DNA from: Alphaproteobacteria bacterium
GTDB taxonomy: Bacteria; Pseudomonadota; Alphaproteobacteria; Rs-D84
Direction: 5' to 3'
Length of the DNA: 64,000 nucleotides
Assembly: GCA_033345235.1 (NCBI GenBank)
Contig: JAWPOC010000016.1
Coordinates: 298 to 64,297 of the forward strand
Position numbers and translations under genes: made by a program. Of this stretch, positions 1-9,795 are shown piece after piece; position 1 is the first letter of the stretch, and every line of letters begins with the position of its first letter. A model generated the notes under the pieces. It was given only the letters and a program-made list of their open reading frames with translations. It had not been told where the DNA came from and made no database searches.

Positions 1-378
1 ATAGCTATAGCACACACCGTTTAAGTGATACTGACCAAAGCCACATATTGGTGCAGATTTAGTCACTGTATACAAATACGTACCTTTGGAATTTACTGGT
101 TGGATACGCGTTTTATCATAATTATATGTAGAATAAGGGCCATAACATTCACGTGCACCAGATTCTGTAAAACGAAACGTACTGACGTCCAGTGTTATTA
201 AATGACCGTTATTGTTTTCGAAATATTCTGCGCAATCTGTGTGATTGGTGGTAAAACTGATACATTTGCCGTTATATCTGTACTGGCCAAAGCCACATAT
301 TGCCGGCCCAAACGTCAGCAATTCTGCACAATTGGCAGATATGGGGATTAATAAAAACATCAACGCTATGGGTTTCAT
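1..378 (-). CDS. Cys-rich secreted repeat protein (runs off window; paralog of 9796..10962); not in ORF track
   Basis: Manual translation from ATG at 378: MKPIALMFLLIPISANCAELLTFGPAICGFGQYRYNGKCISF...SAPICGFGQYHLNGVCYSY, open to base 1. Signal-peptide-like N-terminus, GGAGG SD, repeated CxFGxYxxxGxC unit shared with 9796..10962. Confidence 0.85.
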   Translation of the reverse strand, partial: MKPIALMFLLIPISANCAELLTFGPAICGFGQYRYNGKCISFTTNHTDCAEYFENNNGHLITLDVSTFRFTESGARECYGPYSTYNYDKTRIQPVNSKGTYLYTVTKSAPICGFGQYHLNGVCYSY

Positions 379-395
379 TGCCCTCCACCTGTGTT

Positions 396-615
396 GTAAA
401 AAAACCACCTTTTATACTCAAGTGGTCAGGAGGTTCGAAACAATCCATAGAATTGTGTGCTTATTCAATATATTCGCAGCCCTCCTGACCTGTTATGGTC
501 AGGAGTGTTTCATCTGATAAAAAAAATACGCCTAATGGCGCCGTATAAAACTATCTTTTTTTTCAGACGCTATGGTAGAGGTTTCGACACCTCATCATCA
601 GATGACCCTGATGAC
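396..615 (-). ncRNA. C4/CI-like antisense RNA leader, copy 1 (core 423..490)
   Basis: Closing helix GGTCAGGAGG/CCTCCTGACC followed by A (3' ACCA). Loop CTATGG and bulge GTTTCGA are complementary to upstream CCATAG and TCGAAAC. Alternative hairpin and downstream terminator present. Confidence 0.8.
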
Positions 616-621
616 ACCCCA

Positions 622-649
622 ATTATAACGAATACACCGAAAAACGCAA
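622..649 (-). promoter_or_regulatory. sigma70-type promoter of leader copy 1
   Basis: TTGCGT-16 bp-TATAAT on minus strand. Confidence 0.65.
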
Positions 650-666
650 TTCTTTTTTAATACAAG

Positions 667-689
667 AAAACCGGCATTTGCCGGTCTTG
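667..689. terminator. CCGG-type intrinsic terminator after gpsA
   Basis: ACCGGCA-tt-TGCCGGT hairpin with U tract on the minus strand. Confidence 0.7.
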
Positions 690-1553
690 TTATATTTTTA
701 ATTTCTTTTTCATTTCCATTAACACTGGAACATCTATCCCCAGCGCATTTGCACGTTCAATCAAACCACATAGCGCAAAAACACCTTCGACTGTGCCTTG
801 GGGAGCTTCGCCGCGCGCAATCGCCGCACCGCCCGAGAAATTACGACTGGTTGGACTGGTCGCTGATAAAAACAAATCACCCAAACCACACAAACCTAAG
901 AACGTCTTGGTTTCTGCCCCAGACGCAACACCAATCGCAACAATTTCATCCCACGCACGTGTAAACAATAACGCACGTTCGTTTTCGCCCTTGACCGCAA
1001 CACTGTTATAACCACTTATCAAAGATGTCGCGTTTTTACCAACACCACAAATTTCTGTGCCAATAACGTCATGCGAATCAACTAAATATAACTTATTTAA
1101 CGCTTCGTGCGCCGCGTCTATGGCCACATCTGTTCCCGCAATGTTCGAACCAGTAGGAACACCCATGGCAACTTCGGCCGCGAATTGTGGCCCAGACAGC
1201 ACGCCAAAATCTGCACATTCTGGCAATTCTGTTTGCAATATTTCAGACATAAATTGACCTGTTGAACTTTCTGCCCCCTTGGTACAGATAATTACAGGCT
1301 GGCCATTATAAAACGCGCGTACTTTTTTCAAAGTTTCACGAAAATACGCAGATGGCGTTACAATCAGCCATACATCCATATCTTTTAGTTCGCTGGCATC
1401 CGTCGACACACGCAAATTTTCAGGCATTGTAACACCATCAAAACGCTTGTATTCACCATCATAAGACCATAACAATACATCAGACCCACCACGAGCCGAC
1501 ACCACCCCCAGCGCAGTACCCCATGCACCAGCACCAATTACACCTGTTTTCAT
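690..1553 (-). CDS. gpsA: NAD(P)H-dependent glycerol-3-phosphate dehydrogenase
   Basis: GAGAWGTAL Rossmann motif, TKG, SGPxFA, GLGDL..T..S..SRN. Confidence 0.95.
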   Translation of the reverse strand: MKTGVIGAGAWGTALGVVSARGGSDVLLWSYDGEYKRFDGVTMPENLRVSTDASELKDMDVWLIVTPSAYFRETLKKVRAFYNGQPVIICTKGAESSTGQFMSEILQTELPECADFGVLSGPQFAAEVAMGVPTGSNIAGTDVAIDAAHEALNKLYLVDSHDVIGTEICGVGKNATSLISGYNSVAVKGENERALLFTRAWDEIVAIGVASGAETKTFLGLCGLGDLFLSATSPTSRNFSGGAAIARGEAPQGTVEGVFALCGLIERANALGIDVPVLMEMKKKLKI

Positions 1554-3169
1554 TTTATTTTCCTTAGTTTTCTTTCAATTTCAGGGACGACCACTAATCC
1601 ATCATCAGATAAATCGATTGCACGCATATACGCATCCCGAGCCTTGGTATACTCGTCCAAAGAAACATATATGTCCCCCAAGTGCATAAATAACGAAGAA
1701 TACGTCGCAGAAATATCACCTACACGCTCTAATATTTCCAGCGCAGCAGGCGCGCCTTCGCGTACCGCAACAACGCAACCCAATGTATCCCACGCCAAAA
1801 TGTCCGTCGGATCTTGGGTAACCAATGTCATCGCATAATTATACGCACGTTCTATATCACGATTTTGCGCCGCCCATATCTTGGCCTGAAGTGATAAAAA
1901 TTCTGCATCCATTGCTAAAACATTCATCGCATCACTTAAATCACGCTGAGCCGCGTCATAATCGCCAAAAACAAAATGAATTTGTGCCCTGCTCTTTAAG
2001 AAAAACGCACGACCAATATCGTCCAAATTTTCATCCGACAATGCACGCTTTACAACCGCCAGCGCCGCACGACGATCGCCTTTTTTTATATGATGCGCAA
2101 TTAACTTGTTTATCGCAGGAACAAACAACGGATGTTCCGATAATGCCGCTTCTAAATTCGTCATATCACCCGTCTTTTCTGCGAAACGCAAAACAGAATA
2201 CAGATAAAAAGGACTGTTACTATCAATCTGGGCGAACAAATCTTGATAATTGCCGCCATTCGTATAAAAATAACGCCCTAAATAATAATTAATAGAATCA
2301 CTACTGCGGGCAAATTCTGGCGCAATCAACTGCGCAAAACGCAACATCAACACAGACATATCAGAATACATCAAAACCTGTGTGTGCGATACAGTCTGAA
2401 GTAAACTAAACGCCAACTGATTTGAATATCCAGAAAAAACAGACCAATCCGGAACAACATCATAATTCAACATAAACATCCCAGATGGACGTGACGTGAA
2501 CTGAGAACGTAAATCAGACGCTTTGTCCTGCATACCATGATGACTATAAAATGACATCATATATAGATAATCATTTATATTTAGAAAATCTATGGAAACC
2601 TTGTCAAAATACGAAGCCGCCTTGTCCGCCTGCCCCAATTCAGCATAAATCTGACCACGAACAAAATCTTTCCACGTGTCACTTGTCGGCATTGAATCAA
2701 TAAATTTAAACGTATTTGTACGCCAATCATTCGCAATCGCAGACCATATACGTAACGGCGCAACCAAAGCAACATTTTCTGTCTTGTGACGATTATGAAA
2801 ATCTTTCCACCTGCCCTGTCGCACCAGATACGCATCATATATAAATCTTGCCGCCAAGCCCTTTTCTTGACTAAGCGCTGCGGCATTTTCAGGCATACGA
2901 CCATTTAAAAAATCAGACATAGTCTTGACATTAGACACAACCAAGAAATCTGTATCACGTAAATTTTCTGAAAAAGATGACGCAGCATCAAAATCATTTA
3001 CGTAAATCGCATGTTGCGCCGCCAAAAAAGCCCCATATCGCGTTTCTGGAAACTTATACACATTTTCAATCTGAACCGGCGCGTCATTACCGCCAAAAAT
3101 CAGCCCACCTGTAACACCAATCACAGATAATAATGCCACAGCTGTAAATATACTTTCTATTTTTCTCAT
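1550..3169 (-). CDS. TPR-repeat membrane/periplasmic protein
   Basis: N-terminal TM segment and C-terminal TPRs (DTLG, HLGDIY..L...A...Y..A). Start moved to MRKIES (3169) to avoid overlap with rsmG. Confidence 0.8.
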   Translation of the reverse strand: MRKIESIFTAVALLSVIGVTGGLIFGGNDAPVQIENVYKFPETRYGAFLAAQHAIYVNDFDAASSFSENLRDTDFLVVSNVKTMSDFLNGRMPENAAALSQEKGLAARFIYDAYLVRQGRWKDFHNRHKTENVALVAPLRIWSAIANDWRTNTFKFIDSMPTSDTWKDFVRGQIYAELGQADKAASYFDKVSIDFLNINDYLYMMSFYSHHGMQDKASDLRSQFTSRPSGMFMLNYDVVPDWSVFSGYSNQLAFSLLQTVSHTQVLMYSDMSVLMLRFAQLIAPEFARSSDSINYYLGRYFYTNGGNYQDLFAQIDSNSPFYLYSVLRFAEKTGDMTNLEAALSEHPLFVPAINKLIAHHIKKGDRRAALAVVKRALSDENLDDIGRAFFLKSRAQIHFVFGDYDAAQRDLSDAMNVLAMDAEFLSLQAKIWAAQNRDIERAYNYAMTLVTQDPTDILAWDTLGCVVAVREGAPAALEILERVGDISATYSSLFMHLGDIYVSLDEYTKARDAYMRAIDLSDDGLVVVPEIERKLRKIK

Positions 3170-3190
3170 GATTGTGATAAAATAACACGT

Positions 3191-3745
3191 ATGAATAATA
3201 ATGTCAAATTTGAACAATACGAAGAAATGTTGCGCGAATGGTCTGGACGCATGAATCTTATCGCACCCAGCACCCTAAACAACATCCAAGAACGCCATTT
3301 TGCCGACTGCGCACAATTGGCGGACGTTTTACCACAAAATGTAAACATAATTGATTTAGGCAGCGGCGCCGGATTCCCCGGTGTAGTACTGGCAATATTG
3401 GGTTGGAACGTGACCTGTATCGAATCGATTGGCAAAAAAGCATCTTTTTTAACAGCCGTAAAAGAAAAACTAGGCCTAAAAAACCTGACAATTTACCATG
3501 GTCGCGTCGAAGATTTTATCCGGCATTTACCGGCAAAAAATAACAATTTTGTTTTTACAGCCCGGGCATTTGCGCCACTTATTAAAATTTTAGACTATGT
3601 CGCAAAAACAAAATACCGGCTTTTTTTAATAAAAGGCCGGCAAATAGAGACAGAAATAAATGTCGCAAAACAGAAATATAAATTTAATTACGACCTGATC
3701 CCCTCCAAGACAGGCGACGGGTTTATAATAAAAATCTGGTTTTAA
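3191..3745 (+). CDS. rsmG: 16S rRNA m7G527 methyltransferase
   Basis: MNL, RHFADC, DLGSGAGFPG, ARAFA motifs; upstream of parAB. Confidence 0.95.
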   Translation: MNNNVKFEQYEEMLREWSGRMNLIAPSTLNNIQERHFADCAQLADVLPQNVNIIDLGSGAGFPGVVLAILGWNVTCIESIGKKASFLTAVKEKLGLKNLTIYHGRVEDFIRHLPAKNNNFVFTARAFAPLIKILDYVAKTKYRLFLIKGRQIETEINVAKQKYKFNYDLIPSKTGDGFIIKIWF

Positions 3746-3747
3746 CT

Positions 3748-3838
3748 TATTTCACACGAAACAAAACACAACACACTGAAAACAGTGTGTTTTTATTTTT
3801 TTACAACCAAGCATATTATTTTTATTTCACACGAAATA
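3748..3838. promoter_or_regulatory. two parS-like sites (3748..3763, 3823..3838)
   Basis: TATTTCACACGAAACA and TATTTCACACGAAATA versus consensus TGTTTCACGTGAAACA; directly upstream of parA. Confidence 0.55.
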
Positions 3839-3946
3839 AAAATTAACGTATTGTTTATACAGTATTTTTTAAAAATGAATTTTAACATCTTGACTGGCCT
3901 TGACGTTTTTTATAACCTTAGAACCAGAAAAATGTAAAGGGGAAAA

Positions 3947-4729
3947 ATGACACGTATTATCGCATTCGCAAACCAAAAAGGCGGTGTTGGCAAAACAACA
4001 ACCGCAATTAACATCGGCGCATCTTTGGCCGCAATAAAAAAACGCGTTTTGTTAATCGATTTAGACCCCCAAGGTAACGCTGGTACCGGTCTGGGATTCG
4101 TTCGCGCTTCACACAGACAAAGCGTATACGGCGTTATTATGGGAACTGCATCAGCGGCAGACAACATATTAACAACCGCTGTCCAAGGCATGCACATACT
4201 GCCATCATCACAAGCCTTGGCTGGTGCGGACATCGATTTATTAGATATGGAAAATCGTGAATTTCGTCTGCGCGATGCACTGGCGCCAATAATGCAACAT
4301 TATGATTATATACTGCTGGATTGTCCGCCTGCATTAGGTTATTTAACTATTAACGCATTAACAGCCGCAGATTCTGTTATCGTGCCATTACAGTGCGAAT
4401 TCTTTGCACTGGAAGGAATACAACAGTTAACAGACACTATCGCCATTGTAAAAGAAAAATGGAATCCGAAACTAGAAATTCTGGGCGTACTGTTAACTAT
4501 GTACGACCGCAGATATGGCGTAACACACGCGATTGACAATGACGTACGTGAAACATTTGGTGATTTGGTATTTAAAACTGTTGTACCGCGTAACGTACGC
4601 GTATCAGAGGCACCAAGTCATGGCAAACCTGCACTGTTTTACGACTTTAATTCAACCGGCGCACAGGCGTACTTGCGCGTCGCAACCGAAGTAATTCAAA
4701 GAACCGAAGGAACAACAGATGGCAACTAA
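3947..4729 (+). CDS. parA: chromosome partitioning ATPase ParA/Soj
   Basis: NQKGGVGKTT, DLDPQGN, PRNVRVSEAPSHG. Confidence 0.97.
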   Translation: MTRIIAFANQKGGVGKTTTAINIGASLAAIKKRVLLIDLDPQGNAGTGLGFVRASHRQSVYGVIMGTASAADNILTTAVQGMHILPSSQALAGADIDLLDMENREFRLRDALAPIMQHYDYILLDCPPALGYLTINALTAADSVIVPLQCEFFALEGIQQLTDTIAIVKEKWNPKLEILGVLLTMYDRRYGVTHAIDNDVRETFGDLVFKTVVPRNVRVSEAPSHGKPALFYDFNSTGAQAYLRVATEVIQRTEGTTDGN

Positions 4730-5606
4730 ATTCGGACTGGGACGCGGTCTGGCCGACCTTAGCGCAGCACGCGGCGCAATCCCAGACATATCATTATTAA
4801 CACCAAACGAACGCGTCGTGGTGAAACAAATTCCACTGACGCAAATTGGCGCAAATCCTGACCAGCCCAGAAAAACGTTCACAGATTCCGAATTGGCTGA
4901 TTTGGCGGCATCTATCAAAGAAAAAGGTGTCTTGCAACCAATATTGTTGCGTACAGTACAAAACAAACCGCACACATATGAAATCGTCGCAGGCGAAAGA
5001 CGTTTTCGTGCATCTAAACTGGCAGGATTAACAGAGATTCCTGCACTGGTTAAAACAATCAGCCCTGAAAATGCGATGGAAATCGCGCTGATTGAAAATG
5101 TTCAGCGCGAAAATTTAAACCCAATCGAAGAGGCTGCTGCATATAAAAACTTGATGGAATGCTGTGATTATGAATTACCGGACGTTGCGCGCTTAATTGG
5201 CAAATCAGAAAGCTATATTCGCAATATGTTACGCATAACATCATTGCCTGAATCTGTGCAAAATTTGGTTGCCGAAGGCAAGATTTCCGCATCACACGCA
5301 CGTACAATTGCCGTTGCAGAAAATCCCGAAGAATTGGCACACAAAATTATCGCGGATGGTATGTCTGTATCAGATACAGATAAAATGGTAAAACGTGCGC
5401 CACGTGCAAACACAACCCGCAAACACATCCAAAGAACAATTGATACTGTACTGGTTCAAGAAATCGAATCAAAACTGACAAACATTTTTGGTGTGCCGGC
5501 AAAACTAATTGAAAGACGGGGCGGAGCAGGGCAGATAGTTTTATCTTTTGCCAATCGAAATCAACTGTTTGAATTAGTCGAAAAAATAGCAACACAAAAA
5601 CAGTAA
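4719..5606 (+). CDS. parB: chromosome partitioning protein ParB
   Basis: GLGRGL, QPRK, AGERRFRA, ENVQRENLNPIEEA. Confidence 0.97.
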   Translation: MATKFGLGRGLADLSAARGAIPDISLLTPNERVVVKQIPLTQIGANPDQPRKTFTDSELADLAASIKEKGVLQPILLRTVQNKPHTYEIVAGERRFRASKLAGLTEIPALVKTISPENAMEIALIENVQRENLNPIEEAAAYKNLMECCDYELPDVARLIGKSESYIRNMLRITSLPESVQNLVAEGKISASHARTIAVAENPEELAHKIIADGMSVSDTDKMVKRAPRANTTRKHIQRTIDTVLVQEIESKLTNIFGVPAKLIERRGGAGQIVLSFANRNQLFELVEKIATQKQ

Positions 5607-5634
5607 AAAAAGCCGGTAAACACCGGCTTTTTTT
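5605..5634. terminator. bidirectional CCGG-type terminator
   Basis: AAAAAGCCGGT-aaac-ACCGGCTTTTT between convergent genes. Confidence 0.85.
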
Positions 5635-5668
5635 ACACATTTTTATCGTATATAAAAAACACTGTTTT

Positions 5669-6703
5669 TTACCGGCTTTTACCGGTCTTTTTTAACAAAT
5701 TCTGTACATCAGACGCCATAGACGATAAAACATAATTCAATTCTGCCCGACGGGTGTTACGAATTAAATCTTGTTTAATGTCCGACAATGGGCGCGCGTT
5801 TCCATTGTCATCACACCAGCGGGTTTTGATATTAATATCCATATTTTCCCCCAGCACAATATCGCCATTTGCACCCAACCCCATCATAACACGTGGTGAA
5901 GTATTACCTGACAAAAACTGGAACTGGGATACATCTGAACGATTTGGTAAATCAAAGTCTTTGGCACGACCGCCATTAAACAAACAGGCAAATGTTTGGT
6001 ACATAACAACTGTTCCATTTATACCATAATAAATCTTTTTAGACGCGTCACCCATTGCGAAATATTCTTCAACAGTGTTTCCCTGACGCTGCAGTTCAGC
6101 CAGCAAGGCATTAAACATATCTGCGTCTGGGGCAAAAGAAGAAATATGAACCATACAGGCGCTGTTTTTCTGTCTGCGCGATAATTCTGTTATAAAACGT
6201 GCGTTCTTTTCTAAACACATCGGATGAAAACGGTCCAAAGACAACGATATTCGCAGCCTTGACATATCCAGCGTTCCATGACTGAACTTAGACAAAACGG
6301 CTGTTAAATCATCAAAAATACCATCGCCTGTACCATTTTTACGCAGCGCCCAGCCTGCATTTGTCTTGATATCAACAACACAATCATTAGACAGCGCATA
6401 ATCCAACAAATCAGGCACATAATGTTTATCATAAAACCTGTAAGCAGTAAATATTTCACCACCTGTAAACACAACACTATCCGAGAATAATGGGTCTTGT
6501 TTTGCCTGAGAAATAAAAGACTTTATCGTGTCGGCCGGCATATAAACCTTTGGCGCGTTTGTTCCGGACCGTTCGCAACAATGGGGACAATTATTCCAAC
6601 AATAATTTGTTGTCTTGAAAACCAATACATACGGCAGTTTTCTAACAAAACCGCTGATTGGAAAATAAAAATCATTTACCGCATTAGATATTTTTTTGAA
6701 CAT
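5669..6703 (-). CDS. radical SAM domain protein
   Basis: CWNNCPHC (CxxxCxxC), FTGGE, TNAGW, SLDRFH. Confidence 0.85.
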   Translation of the reverse strand: MFKKISNAVNDFYFPISGFVRKLPYVLVFKTTNYCWNNCPHCCERSGTNAPKVYMPADTIKSFISQAKQDPLFSDSVVFTGGEIFTAYRFYDKHYVPDLLDYALSNDCVVDIKTNAGWALRKNGTGDGIFDDLTAVLSKFSHGTLDMSRLRISLSLDRFHPMCLEKNARFITELSRRQKNSACMVHISSFAPDADMFNALLAELQRQGNTVEEYFAMGDASKKIYYGINGTVVMYQTFACLFNGGRAKDFDLPNRSDVSQFQFLSGNTSPRVMMGLGANGDIVLGENMDINIKTRWCDDNGNARPLSDIKQDLIRNTRRAELNYVLSSMASDVQNLLKKTGKSR

Positions 6704-6814
6704 AAATTATAACCTTTTGACAAAAAGTATAATACACAATATATTTTTGTCAATCATAAAGAACACAAATAAAATACCCGCCGTTTGGCGGGTTTTTATA
6801 TCTTTCAACAGTAA

Positions 6815-7228
6815 TTATTTAACTGTTGTTGTGGCATTACGATTCCATTTCCAAACTTCTTCGCCAGAACCCTGAACCAATGGGCGTTCTTTGCCATAAG
6901 AAATTGTAGAAATACGTTTTGGACTGATACCGTCGTTAACCAAGACTTTCTTGGCTGCGTTTGCGCGACGTGCGCCCAATGCCAAGTTGTATTCTGTTGA
7001 ACCACGTTCGTCGCAGTTACCAGCGATTTGGATTTTTACATCTTCGTGGTTTTTCATATACAACGCCTGACCCAACAGGTTGTTTTCAGCTTCTTTTGAG
7101 ATTTCAGCAGAGTTGAAATCAAAGAAAACGCGTTGATCGTTCAAATCAGCAGGTTCAACAATAGAACCGCCACATGCAGCCAGCAAGCCTGCAACGCCTG
7201 CCAACAAAGCTAAGTTTTTTATTTTCAT
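6815..7228 (-). CDS. pal: peptidoglycan-associated lipoprotein (OmpA family)
   Basis: LAAC lipobox, DERGSTEYNLALGARRA, SYGKERP. Confidence 0.95.
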   Translation of the reverse strand: MKIKNLALLAGVAGLLAACGGSIVEPADLNDQRVFFDFNSAEISKEAENNLLGQALYMKNHEDVKIQIAGNCDERGSTEYNLALGARRANAAKKVLVNDGISPKRISTISYGKERPLVQGSGEEVWKWNRNATTTVK

Positions 7229-7305
7229 GAAAATACTCCCTTGAGTTTCTGTTACTCGTAGTATAGTCTATAATAAAACACACATTAAATCAAGGGAAAA
7301 CAAGT

Positions 7306-8055
7306 ATGCCTTATAACAGTTTAAAAGATTTAGTCCAAGCAGGTGTCAAATGGGAACTGGATGACGTCGCGTTTATAAATTCAGATAATACGCAAAAAAG
7401 TACATCCAAATCCAATGAAACACCAGCCAGCCCAACATCGTCTGTTGTGCCGCCAATTGCGCCGGTTCAGACAATCCCGCTGGACACAGTCAAATCAATG
7501 GCAATGCGCCCAACAGATATTAAATCTTTGCTGCGCATGATTGGTGAATTTAATCATCCATTGCGTGGCTCTGCGACGAATACTGTTTTACCGCATATCG
7601 GCCAGGGCAGGGTACTGGTATTAACCGACATCCCCAGTTCTGATGACGATGCGCGCGGCGAAATTATGTCTGGGGCGCATGGCGATTTACTGGACAAAAT
7701 GATTGGCGCAATTGGTTTAACCCGCGATATGGTCAGTATTTCACCAATGTTGTTTTGGCGCACCCCAGGGGGACGAACACCAACACAACAAGAAATCGAC
7801 CTGTCACGACCATTTGTCGACAAAATAATCGAATTATTGAATCCACGCGTCATTTTGACACTGGGAACATTACCTGCAACAGAAATCGCAGGCATAAATC
7901 TGGCAAAATCACATGGTGAAATCTTGGACAGTCAAAACGGCATAAAAATTATACCGATATTTCATCCGAATTATTTGACGTTGAAACCTGCCGCCAAGAA
8001 AGACGCATGGGTCGCATTGCAAAAAGTTCAAAATATCTTGAAAAACGCGGAATAA
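7306..8055 (+). CDS. uracil-DNA glycosylase (family 4-like)
   Basis: G.LLDKMI.AIGL, WRTPGGRTP, IFHPNYL..P..K..AW. Confidence 0.85.
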   Translation: MPYNSLKDLVQAGVKWELDDVAFINSDNTQKSTSKSNETPASPTSSVVPPIAPVQTIPLDTVKSMAMRPTDIKSLLRMIGEFNHPLRGSATNTVLPHIGQGRVLVLTDIPSSDDDARGEIMSGAHGDLLDKMIGAIGLTRDMVSISPMLFWRTPGGRTPTQQEIDLSRPFVDKIIELLNPRVILTLGTLPATEIAGINLAKSHGEILDSQNGIKIIPIFHPNYLTLKPAAKKDAWVALQKVQNILKNAE

Positions 8056-8095
8056 TAGTTAATAATTTCCCCATATTGTAACAAAGGAGCATACA

Positions 8096-8644
8096 ATTAA
8101 ACCGACATTTAATCGTGATAATAGACGCGATGCAGGTCCACGTATGAACAACGGGATTTTTGCAAAATCAGTTCAAGTAATCAGCGCAGACGGCCAAAAT
8201 CTGGGGGTTATGCCAACATCTCAGGCACTGGAATTGGCATCTAGCCAAGGTTTAGACTTGGTTGAAATGAACGCGAATGGCGCAGTACCAATTACCAAAA
8301 TTATGGATTATGGTAAATTCAAATACGAACAGAAAAAACGCGCCAGCGAGGCAAAAAAGAATCAAAAAACAACCGAAATGAAGGAAGTTTGGATAAAACC
8401 TTTTATTGAAGAAAATGATTTAAACATCAAAATGAAAAAGGTTTTTGAATTCTTGGGCGACGGGAACAAGGTTAAAATTTCTGTTATGACCAAGGGATCA
8501 AAAAAAGTATTGGCGCGTGGCAAAGATGCTGTGCCGGAATTATTTGCGCGTGTAATTGAAATTGTGGGCGACAAGGGTAATCTGGAATCAAAATCAAAGC
8601 CAGATGAACGAACAAAATCAATTATTATTGCCCCGGCGAAATAA
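8096..8644 (+). CDS. infC: translation initiation factor IF-3 (ATT start)
   Basis: LDLVE, KIMDYGKFKYE motifs. In-frame ATT at 8096 with AAGGAG SD at 8084-8089, upstream of the tracked ATG at 8144. Confidence 0.93.
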   Translation: MKPTFNRDNRRDAGPRMNNGIFAKSVQVISADGQNLGVMPTSQALELASSQGLDLVEMNANGAVPITKIMDYGKFKYEQKKRASEAKKNQKTTEMKEVWIKPFIEENDLNIKMKKVFEFLGDGNKVKISVMTKGSKKVLARGKDAVPELFARVIEIVGDKGNLESKSKPDERTKSIIIAPAK

Positions 8645-8691
8645 AAATGCCCCGTTCGGGGCGTTTTTTTTGGGGCGTCAGTATCAAAATT

Positions 8692-9225
8692 TTATTTTCC
8701 AATAGAATTAAACATTGATCTTAAGTAATCGTAGTTACCAGCATGTCTTCCACACACATCCATACAACGAGCTTTACACCATTCAAAATTACTCTCAACA
8801 ATAGTTAACGTCCATTGTGAAGACATTGGATGTGTTAATTTACAAAAACAATATTTACGCTCATTTTCAGGTTTACTGGTATCACCATTATAATACTCAT
8901 AACGTCCCATTAATTCATAATCATCTGTTGGCAAAACATAAACACCGCCTACACCACCTGGATTGTATAGCCCTGTGATAGTTTGATCACCTGAAATATC
9001 ACGCACTTCTTGTAAGGCCAGACATGTTGCGGTACCATAAATTTTACCATAACTGGGGTTCCCCCACCAAATCCATTCTATTTGATTAAATTGATTCATG
9101 CCACCACCATCAAGCACAGTTGCGTCCAAGGGGACAACCGTTACATCGCGGTGCGCGCACATTTCGGTTGCATACGCACTAAAACCAATAAAAACACAGC
9201 AAATTAAATATAAAAATTTCTTCAT
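8692..9225 (-). CDS. Cys-rich secreted protein (YCxCK..P..S.W...C...C...C family)
   Basis: Signal peptide; KYCFCKLTHPMSSQW...CKARCMDVC. Confidence 0.8.
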   Translation of the reverse strand: MKKFLYLICCVFIGFSAYATEMCAHRDVTVVPLDATVLDGGGMNQFNQIEWIWWGNPSYGKIYGTATCLALQEVRDISGDQTITGLYNPGGVGGVYVLPTDDYELMGRYEYYNGDTSKPENERKYCFCKLTHPMSSQWTLTIVESNFEWCKARCMDVCGRHAGNYDYLRSMFNSIGK

Positions 9226-9240
9226 CTATTCCCCCTTTGT

Positions 9241-9771
9241 TTACCAGATTTTATTAAATAACGCTTCACGCAAAGGTATGCCATTTGCCATCGCGCCATT
9301 GTTGGAAAACTTTGTCGCGCAATATTCTGTACAAGATTCTAGACATTCACCTTCGGTGTTGTATTCATTAATATATGTCCACCATGATGTAACAGGGCCG
9401 TCCATCTTGCACCAGCAATATTTACCACTGTCCCCAGGTGACGCCTTGAGAAAAGTGTTCGCATCGCCAAATGTTATACCATCCAGACTGGATTCTTTCC
9501 CGTCATCTGATGATTTAACATGTATATCATTACATGTCACACGACCAACAATATCTGTGCGTTCTACGCCGTCTGGGTGCGCACTGGCAAACAGGTCATA
9601 ACCAAAATCTACCGTCCAACGCATTGTATTTGTATCAAATTCTGTATGGATGCCGTTTACCTTGTTCTGCAAGACAACCATAACCAAAGTATTACGTTTG
9701 CAGACCTCGTTTTGGTCGGCCGCCCACAATGACATCGGTATCATCAGCAATATCATCATCAGTTTCTTCAT
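9241..9771 (-). CDS. Cys-rich secreted protein, paralog of 8692..9225
   Basis: Signal peptide; KYCWCKMDGPVTSWW...CLESCTEYC. Confidence 0.8.
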   Translation of the reverse strand: MKKLMMILLMIPMSLWAADQNEVCKRNTLVMVVLQNKVNGIHTEFDTNTMRWTVDFGYDLFASAHPDGVERTDIVGRVTCNDIHVKSSDDGKESSLDGITFGDANTFLKASPGDSGKYCWCKMDGPVTSWWTYINEYNTEGECLESCTEYCATKFSNNGAMANGIPLREALFNKIW

Positions 9772-9795
9772 TCGTTCTCCTTTCTTCTTTGTTCT

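Noticed and set aside
245-660. + strand ORFs 245..517, 300..488 and 457..660, and their look-alikes 10800..11072 and 11041..11292
   Set aside because: The shared peptide text is just the antisense reading of the duplicated RNA leader; conservation follows base pairing, not codons
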